From: a virus
Lineage: Duplodnaviria; Caudoviricetes
IMG/VR virus record: IMGVR_UViG_3300030099_000111
Span: 1-50,072 of that record
DNA length: 50,072 nucleotides
Direction: 5' to 3' (one strand)
A program made the translations under genes and the position numbers. The notes beneath the pieces were generated by a model. That model did not search any database, had not been told where the DNA came from, and saw only the letters and a list, made by a program, of their open reading frames with translations. Positions 1 through 8,835 of this stretch are shown piece after piece (positions within the stretch are counted from its first letter, which is position 1; each line of letters opens with the position of its first letter).

Positions 1-78
1 GCCACGAAGCTGCTTATTGCCAGTACCGCCATTGTTGGAAGTAGAGGCTGAGTTCGTGCTCATTGAAATAGTAGCCAT
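1..78 (-). CDS. 5' part of a gene downstream of the capsid gene (runs off the window), probably structural
   Basis: ATG at 78 preceded by GGAG; reads MATISMSTNSASTSNNGGTGNKQLRG to the window edge. Confidence 0.7.
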   Translation of the reverse strand, partial: MATISMSTNSASTSNNGGTGNKQLRG

Positions 79-94
79 TATTCAATCTCCCTTC

Positions 95-1168
95 TTACGC
101 TGCGTTGTATTTAGCAGTTGTGATTGCTTCTGGACGAAGAATCTTTCTGCCATATAGATGCATACCACGAACAATGTCAGCAAAGCTGTCAGGGTCACGA
201 TATGTTTCTGTCTTGTTGATCTGCTCTGCAGTTGCCACAGCAGAATCATGTCCAGCAACAATCACACCAAAGTTAGCATTTTGGTTTGCTGTTCCTGATG
301 TACCTGGCCCTGTACCTACTGCTGGTAGGTTAGATGACACGTACAAACGGAAGCCGTGAAAGTTGTTGATTACAAGACCGTTACGTAGTCCACCAGACTC
401 ACCATAATCTCCATTCATAAATCGAGAGTCTTCGTCTGATAGGATTTCCATAAACACTGGGTCAATTACCAGCCATCTACCTTGCGTATCAACTTGTTGT
501 TGATCAAGCAAACGTTTCATTCTAGCAATGATCATTGCAGGTGAAACTGTAGCTGTCGGTAAAGACGTAGCGCCTGGCATACGTGCAGTCACTGGGATCG
601 AGTGATCTCCAGCAGATGATGTTGTAATATTACCAAATGAATCCTTGCGGAGTTTCATTGATGTCAACAACTCGTCTGAACCTGCAGTGATTACAGCTTT
701 TGTACCATTAACGGTTGTGTTAGCTGTATCAGCTTTTGCGTGTAGTGCAGATTGTTTAAAACCTGATAGATAGCCAAGAACTTCTTGGTCATACTGATCA
801 GCTAGTCTGTATGCTGCACGATCTGTAGCAAGTTGCATGAAGTTCACATGTGAGTGAGCTTCTTCAATATCGTCCATCTTAAAAGCAAAGTAGTTGCTTT
901 TGTCTACGACTAACTGAAAATCTTCATCGTCAAGGTCTTGTGCTGTGACTGTTGTGCCACGAGAATAAGCTTGAACTGAGATTTCAGGCTCTTTGATTAT
1001 ACGCACAGTATCACCTTGTGCGCTAATCTCTCCGAAATAATCAGAGTTAGTTATATCTCCTACAGTAGCAGCTTTGCGGAACGCAAGCTGTACCTGTTTG
1101 GAGTAGATTATTGGCGAGAAATTACCGTTAGGTAAATTGCCATAACCTGATGCGGTTTGAAAAGCCAT
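95..1168 (-). CDS. Major capsid protein
   Basis: Start MAFQTASGYG after GGAGG RBS; N-terminal FSPIIYS..., GDTVRI, C-terminal DIVRGMHLYGRKILRPE typical of HK97-fold podovirus capsids; lies downstream of scaffold and portal. Confidence 0.92.
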   Translation of the reverse strand: MAFQTASGYGNLPNGNFSPIIYSKQVQLAFRKAATVGDITNSDYFGEISAQGDTVRIIKEPEISVQAYSRGTTVTAQDLDDEDFQLVVDKSNYFAFKMDDIEEAHSHVNFMQLATDRAAYRLADQYDQEVLGYLSGFKQSALHAKADTANTTVNGTKAVITAGSDELLTSMKLRKDSFGNITTSSAGDHSIPVTARMPGATSLPTATVSPAMIIARMKRLLDQQQVDTQGRWLVIDPVFMEILSDEDSRFMNGDYGESGGLRNGLVINNFHGFRLYVSSNLPAVGTGPGTSGTANQNANFGVIVAGHDSAVATAEQINKTETYRDPDSFADIVRGMHLYGRKILRPEAITTAKYNAA

Positions 1169-1249
1169 GATTAAATCCTCCATATAGATGTATAGGCTTA
1201 GTTATTAAGCGTAACACTTTGAAAGAGGCTAATAGTTCTAGGGTGCGAG

Positions 1250-1380
1250 TACCTTACACGTTGGCCTTTGTGTAAGATATCGGGCCTATACTTTATTAGG
1301 TAGGTCTTGTCTTAGTAGTCGGGCTTAGTTAAGAAAAGCATAAAGGTAGCTATATCTCTACAATAGGGCTTTATGCTTTT
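1250..1380 (-). promoter_or_regulatory. Structured 5' leader of the capsid gene (two stem-loops)
   Basis: Perfect 12-bp inverted repeat 1334-1345/1369-1380; 10-bp stem 1250-1259/1270-1279 with one G-U pair on the minus strand. Confidence 0.6.
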
Positions 1381-1394
1381 ACTTCATAAACATA

Positions 1395-1422
1395 GTTATA
1401 TATACTTAATTTACTATGTCAA
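1395..1422 (-). promoter_or_regulatory. Putative capsid promoter TTGACA-N16-TATAAC
   Basis: Minus strand reads ttgacatagtaaattaagtatatataact just after the scaffold stop codon. Confidence 0.65.
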
Positions 1423-1430
1423 TAGTTTTT

Positions 1431-2312
1431 TTACCTTGCGCCACCAGAAACATCATAAACAAACTTACCTGATCGTATAGCTTCCATGATTTCTTCTGAT
1501 TTTGCTTCGTATTCTCTTGATGACATTTTTTGTACCTGCGACTCTAATATCTGTCCTGATACACCTTCGTCATCAATCTTAGTGCTTCTCTTTGTTTTAA
1601 CTTGAGATGCAGCTTCTTTAGTACTTTTCTTTTTAGACTTGAGATCCATACCGTTGTCAATCTTAAATAGATCAATAACACGTACAACTGATCTTGGATC
1701 GTCTTGATTTTCGTACAGAGCATCCTGTACCCACTTGGGTTGTTCTCCTGCCCAGTTATGAAAGTCATCGCTCTCACGCAGTTCATCAAAGTCAGGGTGC
1801 ATCTTACGTATGGCACTCTCTGCTTTTGTGCGCTGGGTTTCAGCGTTTAGCTTATCTATTTCTTGTAGCCTTTTGTCTGCCTTTGCAAACTTTTCTTCTG
1901 CTATCTTAGCAGCCTTTGTTTCTACAATCTGTGCTATCTCTGGATATTTTTTAGCCCACGCATCTATCTCTTCATCTGATTTAGGTGGACGTATCTCTCC
2001 TTTAGCAGCATTTTCCATCTGAGCTTTTAGTTCTTTTATTTCCTCAGACTGTTTGTTTAAGTGCTTGCGTAAGTCACTGTACCGTTTCTTATACGTTCTT
2101 TCTTCAGCAGATAGCGTTTCTTCTTTAACTTCTGTATCGGCCTCTTTCGCTTCGGTACTTTCCTCTTCGGTGGGCTGTTCTGTATCTCCCTCCATGAGGG
2201 CTTTGAGTTCTGCCTCATCCTTTTCTATTCGTTTCTTGTTTGCATTTTTTGTAGATTTATGTTGTACAAATCCTGCATTTTTTGGTGTTTCCACTTCTGT
2301 TAGTTCTGGCAT
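1431..2312 (-). CDS. Capsid scaffolding protein
   Basis: Highly charged coiled coil, YKKRYSDLR motif, HPDF motif, C-terminal IMEAIRSGK; directly upstream of capsid. Confidence 0.8.
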   Translation of the reverse strand: MPELTEVETPKNAGFVQHKSTKNANKKRIEKDEAELKALMEGDTEQPTEEESTEAKEADTEVKEETLSAEERTYKKRYSDLRKHLNKQSEEIKELKAQMENAAKGEIRPPKSDEEIDAWAKKYPEIAQIVETKAAKIAEEKFAKADKRLQEIDKLNAETQRTKAESAIRKMHPDFDELRESDDFHNWAGEQPKWVQDALYENQDDPRSVVRVIDLFKIDNGMDLKSKKKSTKEAASQVKTKRSTKIDDEGVSGQILESQVQKMSSREYEAKSEEIMEAIRSGKFVYDVSGGAR

Positions 2313-2380
2313 GTTATTACTCCTTATGTTGGGGCCAGCCGTAGCTGGGTAGCCTTATTGTTATATGGATTTAGTTTTAT

Positions 2381-3577
2381 TTATCTAAAGTCTACTTCTA
2401 TTTCTTCTTTTTCTTCTGTGGGATCATCTTCCTGCTCTTGTCTAACTTGTTCTATAGCCTCATCTGGTGTAGGTAGATCATCATCATCATCGTCATCAGA
2501 AACACCTGGTGGCATTAATGCATCGTAATCTATTTCACCTGATTCTGTTTGATAGAAAGGTTGATCTGTTATAGGTACACCTGAAGAAGTCATTCCACCT
2601 GCGTTTGCATCTTGTTGATTAGCTGCTTGTTGTGCTCGAAACAAAATATTATTTGTTTCATCTGTCAGTGGATTACCGTCTGCATCAACACCTTGTGATA
2701 ATAAATCATTTATCTTGTTGTTAATTGATTTTGCTTGCATTCTTTTTATTCTTTTAGCTTGTGTTATTAAACCCAAACCTAAACCTGGCGCAAAGGAGTT
2801 TCCAACAAAACCTAAAATTATTCTATCTGCAGCCGTGACTGCACCTATATCTTCAGTTGCAAGCTTAGACATATCACTAGCATATTGTTGAAAATCTTTT
2901 GCTGTCCATTTACTAGCAGGTTTGTTTTCCCACGTTCTAGGAATATCTGGTCTGTCATCATCGTCATCATCTCTTGATGTTTCTGTTTTTTGTTTTTGTA
3001 CTTCTACGGCTGTATCACCTTTAAGTATAAATCCTTCTGGTATAGGAGAGAGAGGTCTACCATTAAAAAAGATTATTTGTATTTCTCTTCCTGTCTCAGG
3101 ATCAATGTATATCTTATATTCAAAGCCAGTAAAGATTGGACCTGTTCCACCATATGCCCCAAAGCCACCTCCAACTGGTGCAGGTATTTCTTTGTCTTGT
3201 ATTTTATCTATTTCACCACCCTCTTGCATTTGTTGTGGTGAGCCACCTGATGTAACTTTTTCTGCAGCTTCTTCTACTTCTAGCTCGTCATCTCTAAAGA
3301 AAGACTCCTCACCTTTTTTGATACGTTGGAAACCTTGTTTAGCTGCAGCCTGTAAGTTCTCAAAGAAGGGTGTTCCGTAGTAACGTCTAGTAGCTGCATC
3401 TATCATAAACTCATTGGGGCTTGCCATGATAGGTATGTCATCTCTAACTTCTTCTGGTGTAGCTCCAACAGGTGCTACGTTACCACTTACAGGATCTTGT
3501 TTCTCACTGAGTATCTCATCCATCTCACGTTTCATAGAACGTGTAGATTGAAACATTGGTGCGTCAGTCTCTGCCAT
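2381..3577 (-). CDS. Acidic head-associated protein with DDIP-x-M-x-S-xx-EF domain (possible maturation factor)
   Basis: 398-aa ORF between portal and scaffold; DDIPIMASPNEFMIDAATRRYYG, MQEGG, two poly-Asp tracts. Confidence 0.55.
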   Translation of the reverse strand: MAETDAPMFQSTRSMKREMDEILSEKQDPVSGNVAPVGATPEEVRDDIPIMASPNEFMIDAATRRYYGTPFFENLQAAAKQGFQRIKKGEESFFRDDELEVEEAAEKVTSGGSPQQMQEGGEIDKIQDKEIPAPVGGGFGAYGGTGPIFTGFEYKIYIDPETGREIQIIFFNGRPLSPIPEGFILKGDTAVEVQKQKTETSRDDDDDDRPDIPRTWENKPASKWTAKDFQQYASDMSKLATEDIGAVTAADRIILGFVGNSFAPGLGLGLITQAKRIKRMQAKSINNKINDLLSQGVDADGNPLTDETNNILFRAQQAANQQDANAGGMTSSGVPITDQPFYQTESGEIDYDALMPPGVSDDDDDDDLPTPDEAIEQVRQEQEDDPTEEKEEIEVDFR

Positions 3578-3758
3578 TTATTTCATCCCTTAAAAATGTC
3601 AATCTTCTTAGAGCAGCTATCTCACCTTGAGCACGATACACACCCTCCATAGATGTTTCTTGTTCTAGTTTGCGCTGCGCTACTTCTATCTTTTGATTAA
3701 GTACATCAACAAACCCATCCCAAAGAGGCTTGTCATTTACTAGTTTTTTTACTATCAT
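3564..3758 (-). CDS. Small conserved protein downstream of portal
   Basis: 64 aa, overlaps both neighbours; YRAQGEIAALRRL motif common after portal genes of marine podoviruses. Confidence 0.75.
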   Translation of the reverse strand: MIVKKLVNDKPLWDGFVDVLNQKIEVAQRKLEQETSMEGVYRAQGEIAALRRLTFLRDEINGRD

Positions 3759-5893
3759 GTACCTGTAAACCCTTGTTCACCTGGCGTTGGAACTGTGCCT
3801 GTGCCTATCGTTCCTCCACCTGCACCTGTAGTATCTTGTACTCCTGTACCTGCTGGTGGTGTTGGAGCAGGTTGTTGTCCTTCTTGTTCAGGAGTTTCAA
3901 GTGGAGCTATACCTTCAGGTGGCTCTGGTGGTGCAGCAAACTTCTTGAGTATCTCAGCTTGTATAGCTGCGTCACCAAGTGAGTTAGTTACTTTGTCAGG
4001 ATCTAAGTCCATGCTTTTAGCTATCTCACGAATGATGTAGTCTGACTTTACAAACGGCTGTAGCATAGGATTAGAGGCTACACCTAAGAACTGCATAAGG
4101 CGCTGGGAGCGTACCTCGTTAGCCATAAGACTTTCTGTGCCTTGTGCCTTTACTTCTAAATCACCCTTGATACCTTCATCGTAGTCAAACTGCATGTTAA
4201 ATGCAAAGAATGCTCTGCCCATAGGTGCAATAAGATAGTCATCTACGTTCTTAACTACATTCCGTATGCTACCGTTGGCAGCAGACATGAGCATAGAAAT
4301 ACCAGAAGCAGTACGCCCCACACCTTGTATGCCTGTTTGACCGTGTGCAAAAGATGGAAAGCCTGTTGATTCATCTGCTAGTACCCTTGCCTTATCAAAT
4401 AGCTGCATGTTTTCTGCAGCAACGTTTGGAAACTTAGTGCCAAATATACCTTGACCAGGAGCACCGCCCTGTCTACGAAACACCTTGCCAGGATAAACAG
4501 ATAGATCTTGGCCTGGTACTAGGTTAGTCTCATCTACCTCGATTATAAGATTACCAGATAGTGCAGCGTTGTCAATAGCCATACGCATAAAACCATTCAT
4601 TAAAGTTTGCGTATCATCCATGTTTTCTGCGATACCTACACCAAAGAATGAGTAAGGGTTTAACTCATACGGCACAGCGTAGTAAGGTATACGTGCTGGT
4701 TTAAATGGGTTAAGAACTAAACGTAAAACTTTACCATTACATATCCAAGCGTTTACACTTAACTGTTCTGAGTCTTGTACATCTTTTGGTATTACTACGC
4801 CGTGAGATTCTAGTATGTCTGTGTCTACGTATCCCCAAAACTCTAGGACTTCGTATCTGTATGGGGCGCTGCTATATTGTGCATCGTCCTCCATGTCTTG
4901 TTCCCAGTATTTCTTTTCGTAGTATTCGCCCATGTCTATAGCTTCACTAATAGACTCCTCTCTAAAGAAAGGTCTAGACTTTAGTCCTCGCATCTGAGAA
5001 CGTGTCATACGATGACGCTCTACTACATATTCTACTTCGTCCATGTTGTAAGCATCTGGATCAGGATAGAAGTTCCAAATAGATACGTGACTTGTAGATG
5101 GCACAGTCTTCACTGTTGGGTCATACTCACCGTCTTCATTCCAGTTAGGATACTCTTTGTCTATGGCAAATGGACCTTTCATAATCCCTGTGCCAAACAA
5201 TGCCATCTCAAAAGAAGTGTGGCGCAGTTGTTTATTAGCGCCACTTTCTTCTAACTGATCATGTATTTTTTTCTCCATCTTTTTAGCTGCAATCATAGCA
5301 GGATGGAATGTAACTGTATCTTGTGTTGTACCTGGGCCTTCTATTATTTTATCTGAAGCATACTCTAGCGTATCCTCTATTGGACCCATACGTTTCATGC
5401 GGTCATACATGGTTTCGCCAGGTTTTAGTTTTTGGTCTGGGTCAAACAACAATGTAACTGGGGGTTTTTTACCAAAGGCATCCTCTAACTGATCTTGTGC
5501 TTGTTCAGTTTGTGGGTTTATGCTAATGTGCATAGACTCAGCTACACCTTCAGGTAGTGTTGTAGGATTAACTGTAAGGGGAAAACGAGAGCTACCAAAC
5601 AAAACATCTACTATTTGTCCATAAGCAGCGAGTGTTTTAGTTTTAGTAACCTTTATAAATACACGAGACTTTTCAGTTTCTGTAAACTGCACGTCTGTGC
5701 TGTACATACCACGATAGTTTCTATATGCACGTAACCATCTGTTCTCGTCTGCAAACCTAGCGTCTTCTGCTTTTTTAAATTTAGAAGTAACAAAAGCTAC
5801 CACACTTGATGCATCTAAATCATCTTTGTCTTGAATAACAGAAACTTCATCTGTTTCAAATAGTTCAGCTTGTTCGTTATCTGTTGTAGCCAT
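3755..5893 (-). CDS. Portal protein
   Basis: 712 aa; FGTGIMKGP, NFYPDP, SFFGVGIAENM, RTASGISML motifs; adjacent to terminase. Confidence 0.92.
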   Translation of the reverse strand: MATTDNEQAELFETDEVSVIQDKDDLDASSVVAFVTSKFKKAEDARFADENRWLRAYRNYRGMYSTDVQFTETEKSRVFIKVTKTKTLAAYGQIVDVLFGSSRFPLTVNPTTLPEGVAESMHISINPQTEQAQDQLEDAFGKKPPVTLLFDPDQKLKPGETMYDRMKRMGPIEDTLEYASDKIIEGPGTTQDTVTFHPAMIAAKKMEKKIHDQLEESGANKQLRHTSFEMALFGTGIMKGPFAIDKEYPNWNEDGEYDPTVKTVPSTSHVSIWNFYPDPDAYNMDEVEYVVERHRMTRSQMRGLKSRPFFREESISEAIDMGEYYEKKYWEQDMEDDAQYSSAPYRYEVLEFWGYVDTDILESHGVVIPKDVQDSEQLSVNAWICNGKVLRLVLNPFKPARIPYYAVPYELNPYSFFGVGIAENMDDTQTLMNGFMRMAIDNAALSGNLIIEVDETNLVPGQDLSVYPGKVFRRQGGAPGQGIFGTKFPNVAAENMQLFDKARVLADESTGFPSFAHGQTGIQGVGRTASGISMLMSAANGSIRNVVKNVDDYLIAPMGRAFFAFNMQFDYDEGIKGDLEVKAQGTESLMANEVRSQRLMQFLGVASNPMLQPFVKSDYIIREIAKSMDLDPDKVTNSLGDAAIQAEILKKFAAPPEPPEGIAPLETPEQEGQQPAPTPPAGTGVQDTTGAGGGTIGTGTVPTPGEQGFTGT

Positions 5894-6093
5894 TATCGGT
5901 CATCCTTTTCAAAACAGTCAAACTGTAATCCGTAGTATTCATTCTCTTCATACTTTTCCCAGTTAGAGTTATCAACTATTATATTACACTGTTCTTGTGT
6001 AAACGTTTCTTGCATGATATATTGATTGCCTGTGTAAACCCACTCTTCTCCAGTGTACCCCCACATACTTATAACTACTACAAATGTTTTCAT
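5893..6093 (-). CDS. Small hypothetical protein (hydrophobic N-terminus, two Cys)
   Basis: Likely start MKTFVVVISMW at 6093 right after the terminase stop; stop overlaps the portal start. Confidence 0.65.
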   Translation of the reverse strand: MKTFVVVISMWGYTGEEWVYTGNQYIMQETFTQEQCNIIVDNSNWEKYEENEYYGLQFDCFEKDDR

Positions 6094-6095
6094 TG

Positions 6096-7664
6096 TTAAT
6101 ATCCAAACGTTGAGTCTGCGGCTTGGAAGCCTGTTCTGTGAGACATAGGATTGTAATCCCATAAAGAACTACGTGGTCTTGTCATTATACCATACCTAAG
6201 AGCATCGTACAAGTGGTCTTCTGAGTTTGTATCTACATCCTCTGGGTTTCTTTTATCAAGAGGTAGGCCTGGCAGTTGAGCTATCATATTGTTGCAAGTA
6301 GAGAAGAACACTAGTCTTGGCTCCTCAGTAAACTCGTCCACTTGCAAACGGCGGTGAAGCTCATTTTTACCTGCCACCCTTGAACCTTTTGATCTATCAG
6401 ACGGCCTCCAACGCAAGCCTTTCTGATTCATCTGTTCAGCCAAAGAAGGGCCAGTGTCTCCACGTTTATGCCACAGGGAGCTATCCAACACACCGTACCT
6501 GATATTGTCATCTTGTTCTGCATCTAATATCATATCTGCTAAATCTGTTGCCGTAACTCTTGAACAGTATAACTCTCTATATACTACAAGTTGTTCAGTT
6601 GGGCTTACTGCCAACCAAACAACTCCTGTGTAACTTCCGTAGCCGTAGTCACATGCCCTAAACCTAGTCCAACTTTTAGGTATATCATAGGGGTCTACTA
6701 CGTGTATTTTTCTGTTAAACTCAGGAAATGCTGCTCCCTCGTTTACATCCCAGTTCCCTTCTAGTAGTTGCTTTCTTTGATGCTCTGGCAGTGATAGAAG
6801 CATGGCTTCGTAGTCACCACTCTCAGCTAAATAAGGATTATCAAAGAGACTAGCAGGTATGAACCTTCTTTTGAATAGGGGTTGACCAGCTTTGCTATGC
6901 CCTTGTGGAAACTTCAGAACCTCACTAGTCTCTATGTCCGTTGCCCAGAATGGCGTGTTAGGCTTTGCTGGGTCAATGAACATCTTCTTAACCCAAGAGT
7001 GACCTGGACCACCTGGGTTTGTAGTTGCTCTCATGTACAGACCTAAGTCTTTGTTAGCACTACGTAGTCGGGATCTCATGTAGTTCCACGAGTAAGGACT
7101 GTTCCACTGTGTCAACTCGTCAAATGCTACGTAATTAAACGCCTGACCTTGATAGCGCATCACGTCTGTATCTCTGTCCAAGTACGACATCCAAAGTGTG
7201 CCGCCTCTTGGTGTAGTCCATTGCGACTTACGCTCAGACCACTTTATGTTAGGTATTGCTTTAGGGTATAGCTCTTGACTTTTTTGTATAAGCTCCCTAA
7301 GTTCCTCTGTTGTGTGTCGCACAAGTAGACCACTGAAGTCTTCATTATTTAAGTTACGTAACGGATCAGCTAGTGTTGCGTAGCTTTTACCGCCACCTGC
7401 TGCACCACCGTATAATACTTCACGCTCAGAGGATGCTAGGTATTGTGTTTGAGGACCAGGATTTGGCTTGAATACAACACTTTGTGCATACTCTACATCA
7501 AACTCTGGTGGCTTTGCTTGCGCTGGTTTAACCTCAGTCTTCTTCGTAGGTGTAGGAGCCAGGTCTTTCTTTTTCAAGGATTTCGATTTGACGTAACGCT
7601 TTTTCGAGCCTTTTGGCATACTGGCGTTTAATTGCAGTAATCCTCTTTCGCTTTCTTTCGACAT
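6096..7664 (-). CDS. terL: Terminase large subunit (true start probably downstream of 7664)
   Basis: Walker A GGAAGGGKS, Walker B VAFDE, coupling motif ATTNPG, nuclease DYGY and DHLYDALRY. Confidence 0.95.
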   Translation of the reverse strand: MSKESERGLLQLNASMPKGSKKRYVKSKSLKKKDLAPTPTKKTEVKPAQAKPPEFDVEYAQSVVFKPNPGPQTQYLASSEREVLYGGAAGGGKSYATLADPLRNLNNEDFSGLLVRHTTEELRELIQKSQELYPKAIPNIKWSERKSQWTTPRGGTLWMSYLDRDTDVMRYQGQAFNYVAFDELTQWNSPYSWNYMRSRLRSANKDLGLYMRATTNPGGPGHSWVKKMFIDPAKPNTPFWATDIETSEVLKFPQGHSKAGQPLFKRRFIPASLFDNPYLAESGDYEAMLLSLPEHQRKQLLEGNWDVNEGAAFPEFNRKIHVVDPYDIPKSWTRFRACDYGYGSYTGVVWLAVSPTEQLVVYRELYCSRVTATDLADMILDAEQDDNIRYGVLDSSLWHKRGDTGPSLAEQMNQKGLRWRPSDRSKGSRVAGKNELHRRLQVDEFTEEPRLVFFSTCNNMIAQLPGLPLDKRNPEDVDTNSEDHLYDALRYGIMTRPRSSLWDYNPMSHRTGFQAADSTFGY

Positions 7665-7956
7665 CTAATCTTTTCTTTAGCCCATCGTGTGTTATGCTTC
7701 TACCTGACTGTGTAGTTAGCCACGCAGCAACCTGTCTTAAACTATATTGCTTTACGTGTTTCTTTGCAAGCTCTAGTAGTTCTAACTGTTCTGGGATAGG
7801 GTTTAACCAATCCTCATCCTCTGGGTCTACTTCATATCCGAAAGGAATGTTCTTACTTATCTTTGGAATCCTCTGCCACAGTTTTACCTTGAAAGGTACT
7901 TTAGGCAGTGTCCAATATTCATATTGTAGAGGTCTTTCACTCGTCAGATTCTGCAT
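7534..7956 (-). CDS. Putative DNA-binding protein (PFGY + HTH-like)
   Basis: IPFGYE...LNPIPEQLELL...YSLRQVAAWL resembles the recombinase-type DNA-binding domain. Confidence 0.55.
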   Translation of the reverse strand: MQNLTSERPLQYEYWTLPKVPFKVKLWQRIPKISKNIPFGYEVDPEDEDWLNPIPEQLELLELAKKHVKQYSLRQVAAWLTTQSGRSITHDGLKKRLDVERKRKRITAIKRQYAKRLEKALRQIEILEKERPGSYTYEED

Positions 7957-8317
7957 TGGTATCCTCTTTAGGTGGTAAAATAAATAAACCTCCTGTAGAC
8001 TCTACTGATACTTTCTCTGTTTTTACTACACCTGCACGATCAAGTATCTGACCTGCAGCCATTAGTGTTTCTTTTATACCTAGCTGGGTAGGATCGTCCA
8101 AAGCCCTACCATAAGCGACTGCAGCTTTGGGTCCAATCCTTGACATGTACGTTTTAGTAGCATCAAATATTTCATCCTTCAACCCCTCCACTATAGATGT
8201 AGTGGGAGTGTTGTCACTATACCCTGCTAACTTCTTAGCTGTGACAGCATCCCCACCTGCTTCTTCAAATAGAACTTCTAGGAACTTAGTTTGTTTCTCA
8301 TTTAAAGTTCGTGTCAT
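7937..8317 (-). CDS. Probable terminase small subunit
   Basis: LNEKQTKFL...GDAVTAKKLAGYS N-terminal HTH pattern, ILDRAG motif, upstream of terL. Confidence 0.7.
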   Translation of the reverse strand: MTRTLNEKQTKFLEVLFEEAGGDAVTAKKLAGYSDNTPTTSIVEGLKDEIFDATKTYMSRIGPKAAVAYGRALDDPTQLGIKETLMAAGQILDRAGVVKTEKVSVESTGGLFILPPKEDTNAESDE

Positions 8318-8562
8318 TTTACTTTCCTGTAGGCTCTGGTTTTTTTTGCGATCTTCTTAGGTTGAGCCACATGCTGCTTACCTGCCTTAGTGCCTTTTCG
8401 CTTTGCTCTGGTTGTAGCGGCATACTCAGCAGCGCTAAGAGACTTAATAGCCGCACTAGGTAAATAGCGCTCACCAGTTTTAGCACTAGGCTTCCCACTT
8501 TTAGTTCGCCACTTTTGTTTTGTCCATGACTTTAAACTTTTCTGAGATTTTTTAAGTGCCAT
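8314..8562 (-). CDS. Basic protein, QKSL..WTKQKW/GERYLP family (C-terminal half of DUF5872-like protein)
   Basis: Start MALKKSQKSL at 8562; very Lys/Arg rich. Confidence 0.7.
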   Translation of the reverse strand: MALKKSQKSLKSWTKQKWRTKSGKPSAKTGERYLPSAAIKSLSAAEYAATTRAKRKGTKAGKQHVAQPKKIAKKTRAYRKVK

Positions 8563-8563
8563 G

Positions 8564-8653
8564 TTAAGCCTTGCAATCACATCCACACTTGCCATTACAC
8601 AGGCATTTCAAATTTATAATAGCTCTAAATAACCTTCTAAAGTACCTTTTCAT
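8564..8653 (-). CDS. 29-aa Cys-rich micro-protein (not in ORF track)
   Basis: MKRYFRRLFRAIINLKCLCNGKCGCDCKA; ATGA overlap with the upstream stop, GGAGG upstream, stop 1 nt before the next ATG. Confidence 0.65.
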   Translation of the reverse strand: MKRYFRRLFRAIINLKCLCNGKCGCDCKA

Positions 8654-8835
8654 TTGTACCCTCCACCTTTTGCTTTGTATTGCTTTGCAAGCATCTGTGC
8701 TTTCCTGGCGCTCCACTGTCCAGGTTTTCCACCTTTGCTGCCAGCTTTAATGGAAGAAAACAAACGCTTACGCATAGTAGGCTTAGTATAATTACCTGCC
8801 TTGTTAACGGTTGATTTTTTTGCTGATTTCGCCAC
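8650..8835 (-). CDS. Basic protein, GQWSARKAQ family (DUF5872-like)
   Basis: NYTKPTMRKRLF...KGGKPGQWSARKAQMLAKQYKAKGGGY. Confidence 0.75.
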   Translation of the reverse strand: MAKSAKKSTVNKAGNYTKPTMRKRLFSSIKAGSKGGKPGQWSARKAQMLAKQYKAKGGGYK

